Below are positions 57,944 through 64,000 of a stretch of DNA of 64,000 nucleotides, one piece after another. Under the pieces are notes generated by a model. That model did no database searches and was not told the DNA's origin. It saw only the letters and a program-made list of their open reading frames with translations. The translations under genes were made by a program, and so were the position numbers. Origin of the DNA: a virus; the IMG/VR virus record IMGVR_UViG_3300002855_000209, positions 851 to 64,850 of that record, one strand, 5' to 3'. The stretch's first letter is position 1. Every line of letters begins with the position of its first letter.

Positions 57944-58334
57944 TCATTTTCTCTATCTGCTGAACCGCTAAACCTGACTTCACTTGCTCTGTGCTGAACC
58001 GTAAAACTGTAAAACCCATCATTGCCGCCGAGTTATATTTCTCCATATCCCCCATATAACCTTTGCCCCTTGTGTGACGTCCACCACCTGCCATCCAGAT
58101 ACCGCCCTCTACCTCAACCAGAATCCTTGTTCCCGTAATCACAAAATCAGCTCTCCATTTGCGTTTCGGGTGGAATTTATATTCCTGCTCAAAACTGATC
58201 TTGCATGCTCTTAAGTGTGTTGCCAGTACGGTCTCGCCTTCACTTGGCTGTCTAGTACCTTGCTTTGCTGAACAGCGTTTCTTTGTCTTCACTGGAAATA
58301 ATTCACGGTATTCAGCAAGGCTCATTGATGTCAT
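57912..58334 (-). CDS. DUF559/RusA-like endonuclease
   Basis: EYKFHPKRKWRADF, VEVEGG, DMEKYN; ATGA overlap with replication gene. Confidence 0.75.
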   Translation of the reverse strand: MTSMSLAEYRELFPVKTKKRCSAKQGTRQPSEGETVLATHLRACKISFEQEYKFHPKRKWRADFVITGTRILVEVEGGIWMAGGGRHTRGKGYMGDMEKYNSAAMMGFTVLRFSTEQVKSGLAVQQIEKMIGGTNDTNDR

Positions 58335-59272
58335 GCTGCCCCCTGCAATGTGCCTTTGAACCCAACTTGCTTGAGATACGGTTCCCATTGTTTAGCCTGA
58401 ACTGGATCGCTAAGTTTTACGGCGATACGTGCTGCGAGTTGATCGTAGCTTTCCCCTGCAGCTGCAAACTGACTTGCGAACTCAGGATGTTGTGAGAGTT
58501 TTTGAGCGAAGGTGTGAACCTGTTTATCGCTCAACTGGTGCGGTGCGCCCGGCGAGCACCGAACTGATGACCCTGAATTTCGGAAACCTGTCTGTTCACG
58601 AGCTTGGTATTTGCCACTTGCGTTGATTAACCAATCTGCAAAGTGGTAATGCTTGAGTTCATCACAAAGATTCTTATCGGCGTTGTAGAGTTCAAATGCT
58701 CGAAGCTCCCGATCAAACCAAGTTGCGTTTTTGATCTGCTCGTAAGTTTCCTGATCAGTTGCCAAACGAATTTCTTCACCAAGTTTTTTCAAACTCAACC
58801 ATGTTTTTTTATTTTTAGATTCATCTGATAGATTCCCTGATAGGTTCTGTGTCCCAATATTGGGACTGGTCTCGGTACCGTTTTTGGGACTGGTTGCGGT
58901 CCCATTATTGGTACTAGTACCGTTTTTGGAACCAGTACCGAAATTGGAACTAGTTCCGTTATTGGTACTAGTCCCCTTTTTGGGACTGGTTAAGTCATTT
59001 TCTTCACGGCCCATTACACCAATTAACTGGTAAACCTTCACACCATTTCCTGTGATTTCACCTGTAAATCTAATTAATGAAATTGCTTCAAGCTCATCTA
59101 ATACTTTGATCACTGTTTTACGGTTAAGGACAGTGTCTTTAACCATTCGTTTAATGCTTGGGTAGCACTTGTGAGATTCTCCCGCTCTATCAGCTAAGGC
59201 CAATAAAACGAGTCTTTGACTTGAGGTTTTAACCTCTGCTTTGAAAGCCCAAATGGTTGCGTCCAGACTCAT
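58331..59272 (-). CDS. Replication initiator (HTH N-terminus, lambda O-like)
   Basis: RLVLLALADRA..CYPSI; central xNGT repeats encoded by iterons. Confidence 0.85.
   Translation of the reverse strand: MSLDATIWAFKAEVKTSSQRLVLLALADRAGESHKCYPSIKRMVKDTVLNRKTVIKVLDELEAISLIRFTGEITGNGVKVYQLIGVMGREENDLTSPKKGTSTNNGTSSNFGTGSKNGTSTNNGTATSPKNGTETSPNIGTQNLSGNLSDESKNKKTWLSLKKLGEEIRLATDQETYEQIKNATWFDRELRAFELYNADKNLCDELKHYHFADWLINASGKYQAREQTGFRNSGSSVRCSPGAPHQLSDKQVHTFAQKLSQHPEFASQFAAAGESYDQLAARIAVKLSDPVQAKQWEPYLKQVGFKGTLQGAA
58852..58990. repeat. Iteron-like repeats (putative phage origin) inside initiator gene
   Basis: TTGGGACTGGT x3, ATTGGTACTAGT x2, GTACCGTTTTTGG x2. Confidence 0.65.
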
Positions 59273-59565
59273 TACTCACCAACCTTAGGCTTTACATATC
59301 CGCCCATGTATTCAATCTTTTGAGCCTTATACAAACTCGTTTCTATTTCCCCCGCCAAATACAAAGTAATGCGGCCACGACGAGCAAGTTCTTGTCTAAA
59401 CTCTTCGCGTGTAATGGCTGCATTCTTTTCGTTGTATCCACGCTTACGGAGATTTGCTTTGTTTCGTTCAAGCATTTTGTTTAAAAGATTGAGAGCGGGT
59501 TCATACCAAGATTGAATACCTTCTCTCTGCTTATGTTCAGGAAGGTGTTTAAATTGCTGATTCAT
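59272..59565 (-). CDS. Phage hypothetical protein
   Basis: Coupled early ORF. Confidence 0.65.
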   Translation of the reverse strand: MNQQFKHLPEHKQREGIQSWYEPALNLLNKMLERNKANLRKRGYNEKNAAITREEFRQELARRGRITLYLAGEIETSLYKAQKIEYMGGYVKPKVGE

Positions 59566-59837
59566 GACACCTCCGCCCGAGCTAATTCTTCTGCAGTTAA
59601 ACGACGTTTTGCTTCTAACTCGGCAATTGATGCCGATCTAAAGAATTGAACCGGTAAAGCTAACTGCTTTCCGCATACTGACTTAACAAAAAGTCGTATA
59701 GGTGTGCTGTAGTAAAAACCAAATACTTCAAAAATTTCGTTATGATCCAGTTCATTAATAACCACCATGTCACCTATTACAAATTCTTGTGAGTTGAGTT
59801 CGATTAGTTGTTCTGATAAATTAGTTTGCATATTCAT
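59562..59837 (-). CDS. Phage hypothetical protein
   Basis: Coupled early ORF. Confidence 0.6.
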   Translation of the reverse strand: MNMQTNLSEQLIELNSQEFVIGDMVVINELDHNEIFEVFGFYYSTPIRLFVKSVCGKQLALPVQFFRSASIAELEAKRRLTAEELARAEVS

Positions 59838-59893
59838 GGGTTCCTAAATTTGTGAATTGAAACCACTCCTGTTTAGCGCAGGTAGTGGTTTTT

Positions 59894-60178
59894 TTAATGC
59901 TCTGAATTTGACTGTGTATTCTCATGGCATCCTCTGGCATCTCTTGTTTCCTTAGGATGACCCCATACCTTTCGCATACGATTGAACTTGCGTCTCTCCA
60001 CCAAGAGTTTTTCAATGCAAGCTTCTCGTATCCAGTCTGCTTTCGTCATGTCGCTGGCATTGGCCACACCTTCGATGGATTCATCGGTCAAGTCATTAAA
60101 TTTGACCGTTACAGGGTTATCGAGCTTTCCACCTAAAAAGCCCAATTCTCTTGCTTCATTCATTTCATCGGTTCTCAT
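59894..60178 (-). CDS. CII-like/RHH regulator
   Basis: After cro; LDNPVTVKF...KADWIREAC. Confidence 0.5.
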   Translation of the reverse strand: MRTDEMNEARELGFLGGKLDNPVTVKFNDLTDESIEGVANASDMTKADWIREACIEKLLVERRKFNRMRKVWGHPKETRDARGCHENTQSNSEH

Positions 60179-60207
60179 GAAAAGAGCAGCTCCCTTGCCT
60201 ATTAAAT

Positions 60208-60462
60208 TTACGTCTGAGCTACTTCATTACTATTTTGGTTGGATAGATTTGAGTCTGGATATAACCCGAAATGTTGTAATACTTCTCGCTCTGAAACTTT
60301 TCCATCACTATATTCAGCTAAAGCTTTACGTAAATTTTTACGTGGTTCTTTATATCCATATAAAAGATGAGTCTTTAGATAACCACTTGTTGTACCAGCA
60401 GCTTTTGCATATTGCTCTAATTCATCTGGAGTCATATTCAGGATGAAATCACGAAATCGCAT
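60208..60462 (-). CDS. cro: Cro-like repressor
   Basis: YAKAAGTTSGYL HTH; divergent from cI; ATG at 60462 with GAGG RBS. Confidence 0.75.
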   Translation of the reverse strand: MRFRDFILNMTPDELEQYAKAAGTTSGYLKTHLLYGYKEPRKNLRKALAEYSDGKVSEREVLQHFGLYPDSNLSNQNSNEVAQT

Positions 60463-60486
60463 AAGTTGATCCTCATTAACCAACAC

Positions 60487-60578
60487 AATATTACCTTATT
60501 GGTAATATTTAATACAACCTTTTTTCTTGTTTACCTTAAAGGTGATAAAGATAAAATACTTAAGTAAGTACTTACTTA
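60487..60578. promoter_or_regulatory. Immunity operator region
   Basis: AATATTACC-TTATT-GGTAATATT (60487-60509); TTACC-TTAAA-GGTGA (60531); perfect palindrome TAAGTAAGTACTTACTTA (60561-60578). Confidence 0.6.
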
Positions 60579-60663
60579 TTAATTACGAACTTGTTTTTCT
60601 ATTAAGAGATTCAGAAACAATAACTTACATGATCAGTATTAACTGATAATTTTTGAGAGTTTT

Positions 60664-61329
60664 ATGGACAGTAAAAGTATCCGCTACATTAATACCCGTT
60701 TTCTTGTAGACCAAGTTGGTGGCGTATCGAACTTTGCTGATAAAATTAATAAAGGGCAATCTCAAACTAGCCAATTTGCAGGTACAAACCCCATAAAAGG
60801 GATTGGTAATAAAGTAGCGCGTGAAATTGAAGATGCTTTTGGTAAACCGCATGGTTGGTTAGATATTCCCCATGCTGAAACAGAATTAGACAATAATATT
60901 GATCTGCAAAGAAGAATAAATGTTGAAGGAAAACTGATTCCTGTTATTTCATGGATTAGAGCTGGTACGTGGACAACTATTGATAGTATTCCTATGGATA
61001 CTGAATTTGCAGAATGGTTACCCCCCAATCCTAAATGTGGCAAAAATGGTTATGGACTAATTGTACGAGGCGAATCTATGTCTCCAAGATTTGAACCAGA
61101 AGATCGAATTTATGTAAACCCAGATATCCCTGTAAGTGATTTAAAAACCGGAGATCTTGTTATTGTTGCGTGTGAGGGAGAAAAAGAGGCAACTTTTAAA
61201 AAGTTAGTTATAGAAACTGATGGAATGTATTTAGAAGCACTGAACCCTAAGTGGCATGAAAAAATTATGGAGCTACACGAGGGCTGTAAACTAGTAGGAA
61301 AAGTTGTGGGATTATATCGTGAAGTATAG
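60664..61329 (+). CDS. cI: CI repressor (HTH + S24 autopeptidase)
   Basis: IPVISWIRAG cleavage region; VRGESM Ser; ATFKKL Lys. Confidence 0.92.
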   Translation: MDSKSIRYINTRFLVDQVGGVSNFADKINKGQSQTSQFAGTNPIKGIGNKVAREIEDAFGKPHGWLDIPHAETELDNNIDLQRRINVEGKLIPVISWIRAGTWTTIDSIPMDTEFAEWLPPNPKCGKNGYGLIVRGESMSPRFEPEDRIYVNPDIPVSDLKTGDLVIVACEGEKEATFKKLVIETDGMYLEALNPKWHEKIMELHEGCKLVGKVVGLYREV

Positions 61330-61419
61330 TCCTTCAAAGCAAACAGAACTTAGATAAAACTGATATCTATGTTAATCTTAATAGGCAAAAATCACCTTAT
61401 GTCTTTGGAGTTTCATTAA

Positions 61420-62382
61420 TTGGCTACAGCAGAACAAATTAAAATGCTTATAAAAAGCCATGGTGAAAATGATCACCAAAGATTCTATTCAACAGCACTT
61501 CAAATCGCAGCGAGAGAGGCACGCCTAGGGCATAATAAGCTTGCCACTGATATTAAAAATTTAATCGAATCATACCAATTTAAAGCCCCGTCTACTAACG
61601 ATCTTTTTCAAAACTATACTAATCAAAAAGATTTAGATGGACTTTTTGATTTTTCGATGCCTCATGTTAACAAACAGACCTTAGTTTTGGACAATGTAAC
61701 TATAGAAAGAGTTAACATCATTATTCATGAGCAAAAACAAAAAAATCTTTTAAAAAAATTTGATTTGAAGCCCCGTAATAAAATCTTATTTGTAGGAGCC
61801 CCAGGTACAGGAAAAACTTTAACAGCCAGTATTCTTGCTTCTGAATTAAAAATGCCTCTATATAAAGTGATTTTAGAATCTTTAATTTCTAAGTTTATGG
61901 GGGATACAGCAACAAAGTTACGTAGTATTTTTGAATTTATGTCAAATAATATTGGCGTTTATCTTTTTGATGAATTCGATGCTATTGGCTCACAAAGAAA
62001 CCTTACAAATGATGTAGGTGAGATTAGAAGAATATTAAATTCTTTTTTAATTCTATTAGAACAAACTACAACTGAAAGTATAATTATTGCAGCAACAAAT
62101 CATCCTGAACTATTAGATGCAGCATTAAATAGAAGATTTGATGACATCATAAAATTTGAAAAACCTAGTGAAATTGAAATTAAGAAATTTATTAAGACTA
62201 AAATAAATATTTTTGAACATGAAGAAATACTTTGGGAAAAAATCATAGAAATAGCATCTAATTTAAGCCTTGGAGATATTTCAAAAGCATTTGACGACGC
62301 AGCAAAAGAGTCTATACTTTATAATAATAGTTACTTTACGAATAAAATTTTTCTTTCTTCACTTTCTCGTAGAAAGAAATAA
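61420..62382 (+). CDS. ietA: AAA+ ATPase of IetAS system
   Basis: MATAEQIK.LI start; GAPGTGKT; LFDEFDAI; ATNHPELLDAAL.RRFD; upstream of S8 protease. Confidence 0.82.
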   Translation: MATAEQIKMLIKSHGENDHQRFYSTALQIAAREARLGHNKLATDIKNLIESYQFKAPSTNDLFQNYTNQKDLDGLFDFSMPHVNKQTLVLDNVTIERVNIIIHEQKQKNLLKKFDLKPRNKILFVGAPGTGKTLTASILASELKMPLYKVILESLISKFMGDTATKLRSIFEFMSNNIGVYLFDEFDAIGSQRNLTNDVGEIRRILNSFLILLEQTTTESIIIAATNHPELLDAALNRRFDDIIKFEKPSEIEIKKFIKTKINIFEHEEILWEKIIEIASNLSLGDISKAFDDAAKESILYNNSYFTNKIFLSSLSRRKK

Positions 62383-62415
62383 TTACTTTTATTTTTTTGT
62401 TATATGGAGGGAAGT

Positions 62416-64000
62416 ATGAGCAATAGGCCTCATATTAATTTTATATGTTCAAACCATGCTTTTAGTTATACTTCAAAAAATAGTCCTCCAAAATCTTCTA
62501 TACCTTCACGTGATTATTATAAGCATGCAAGAAACTTATTGATTGAATTCTCTGATGCTGAAATGCTTTTTAATGAAAAAAAATATGAAGTTTTATCTAC
62601 TAATGAAGTAGTAGAGAATCAAGGAATTTACTTATCTATTACTAGTGCTCCTCACCATCAACTTCCTTTAGAATCCTTTGATACAAAAGATATTCATTTA
62701 GCAAAAGTTCAATATAATACAATTTCAGAAACTGAAGAAGCGGTCATCTTCATTCCTGACAGTAAAAGAAGTATTTTTTTAAATAAATTTAGCGAATATT
62801 TAAAAACAATTAGCAAAGATCCAAATAAGAATCCATCAAATAAAAGTTTTGTGAATAGTATTGAAAGTATAAAATTATCTAACTTAAAAGACTTCTGGAC
62901 AGATGATAAAAAGCTTTATCCACAAGATAAAAATGCTCCAATTTGGTGGGAAGTTTGGATCAAAAAAGTTGAAGATAATGCAGAATACACTTTTGAAAAA
63001 GTAAAAGAGTTTTCAAACAATATTAAAGCTGAATTAGGTAATCATTATTTAAACTTCTTTAATAATATGGTTTTCCTTATTAGAACTAGTGAAAACAATC
63101 TAGAAAAATCTCTTTTCCTTATGACAAATCTTTTAGAACTGAGATATGTTCCCGAAACCCCATCTTTTTTCGTAAATCTAAACAGTAAAGAACAAAAAGA
63201 ATGGGTAAAAGATTTTTCAGCGAGATTAACTATTAATAATAATCCTAAAACATCCATATGTATATTGGATACAGGAATTAACTATAATCACCCCCTACTT
63301 ACATATATTTCTTCTGAAGAAAACTCTTTATCATATGATCCTAAATGGCCTAAATATGATATCAAACCTACTAGTTATTCTAGAGAGCCTTATACTCCCC
63401 ACGGATCAATGCAAGCAGGAATAGCTGGGTTTGGTAATCTAAAGAAATGTTTAGAAAGCGAAGCTAACATTTATGTACCTCATATTTTAGAGTCTGGAAG
63501 AATCTTACCGCCCAAAGGTTATAATAAGCCAGAGTTATATGGTGCGATCGTTACTGAGACCTCTTATAAAGTAGAAATACAAAACACACAAATACAAAAC
63601 CGGATCTTCTCATTAGCTGTTTCTGCCAACTCTGAAAATACAGGAGTTCCTTCTTCATGGTCCTCAGAAATAGACCGGTTTACATTTGGAGAGTTTTCTG
63701 ATTCCTACAAAAGACTTTTTATAATTTCTACTGGAAATAACATCAATTTAAATTCCAATCTTGATCTTTGGGATCAAGCTCATTTAGCAAAAATTGAAGA
63801 TCCTGCTCAAAGTTGGAATGCAATAACTGTAGGTTCAATAACTCATTTAACCACCATTACAGATCCTAATTTCGATCAATGGCAACCATGGAGCAGTAAA
63901 GGAAATATTTCCCCTTCTGCAAGATCCTCAGTAAATTGGGAATGGAAAAAACAAGCTCCTCTCAAACCTGAATTTGTAGTTGAAGGTGGAAATAGGCTTT
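62416..64000 (+). CDS. ietS: S8 (subtilisin-like) peptidase of IetAS system, truncated by window edge
   Basis: Manual translation from ATG 62416: WWEVW, ICILDTGIN..HPLL, PHGS.QAG, STGN, DPAQSWNAITVGS, KPEFVVEGGN. Confidence 0.85.
   Translation, partial: MSNRPHINFICSNHAFSYTSKNSPPKSSIPSRDYYKHARNLLIEFSDAEMLFNEKKYEVLSTNEVVENQGIYLSITSAPHHQLPLESFDTKDIHLAKVQYNTISETEEAVIFIPDSKRSIFLNKFSEYLKTISKDPNKNPSNKSFVNSIESIKLSNLKDFWTDDKKLYPQDKNAPIWWEVWIKKVEDNAEYTFEKVKEFSNNIKAELGNHYLNFFNNMVFLIRTSENNLEKSLFLMTNLLELRYVPETPSFFVNLNSKEQKEWVKDFSARLTINNNPKTSICILDTGINYNHPLLTYISSEENSLSYDPKWPKYDIKPTSYSREPYTPHGSMQAGIAGFGNLKKCLESEANIYVPHILESGRILPPKGYNKPELYGAIVTETSYKVEIQNTQIQNRIFSLAVSANSENTGVPSSWSSEIDRFTFGEFSDSYKRLFIISTGNNINLNSNLDLWDQAHLAKIEDPAQSWNAITVGSITHLTTITDPNFDQWQPWSSKGNISPSARSSVNWEWKKQAPLKPEFVVEGGNRL

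Larger units (their letters stand above)
1395..64000 (-). mobile_element. Lambdoid siphovirus-type prophage (Acinetobacter), extends beyond right edge
   Basis: Ordered immunity, replication, Q, packaging, head, tail and lysis modules; integrase not in window; left boundary approximate. Confidence 0.95.

Noticed and set aside
3211-63257. Many short track ORFs overlapping larger genes (e.g. 3211-3408, 8327-8611, 11045-11278, 18553-21068 set, 24452-26589 set, 39022-41010 set, 58159-58828 set, 63045-63257)
   Set aside because: Fully nested in well-supported genes on the opposite strand or in another frame, with no motifs or RBS.

Overview
The window looks like an Acinetobacter chromosome segment. 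It holds a partial host GntP-family permease (1-1040) followed by most of a large lambdoid, siphovirus-type temperate prophage. The prophage starts at or near a tmRNA 3'-end-like att fragment (1395-1423) and runs off the right edge; no integrase is in the window. The core is on the minus strand: cro/cII, replication gene with iterons, Q, pR'/tR', terS/terL, portal, head, tail with a GGGAAAG -1 frameshift, tape measure with an M23 domain, J-like tip, beta-helix tailspike, holin and GH108 endolysin. cI is on the plus strand. Accessory content is dense. (i) A P22 immI-like arc/mnt/ant module and two more antirepressors. (ii) A four-gene operon: unknown protein, PIN nuclease, DUF3696-type ABC ATPase, PLD-like nuclease; it resembles Menshen without NsnA. 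(iii) A PAAR protein with tandem lipoproteins, and a secreted alpha-lytic-like protease with three paralogous lipoproteins, punctuated by three relics of one lysis-linked micro-lipoprotein gene. (iv) Three unannotated ~50-aa membrane peptides behind a shared hairpin leader. (v) Envelope morons, including a soluble double TonB_C protein and a lipoprotein interrupted at a G9 tract. (vi) A KAP NTPase. (vii) A Q-to-pR' insertion carrying a NUDIX + SRA-HNH pair and an alpha/beta hydrolase. (viii) A membrane protein followed by two tandem Pro-rich peptides. (ix) ietAS downstream of cI. The strongest candidates for undescribed systems are the PIN/ATPase/PLD operon and the NUDIX + SRA-HNH pair. All family assignments come from motif recognition by eye; no database searches were run.
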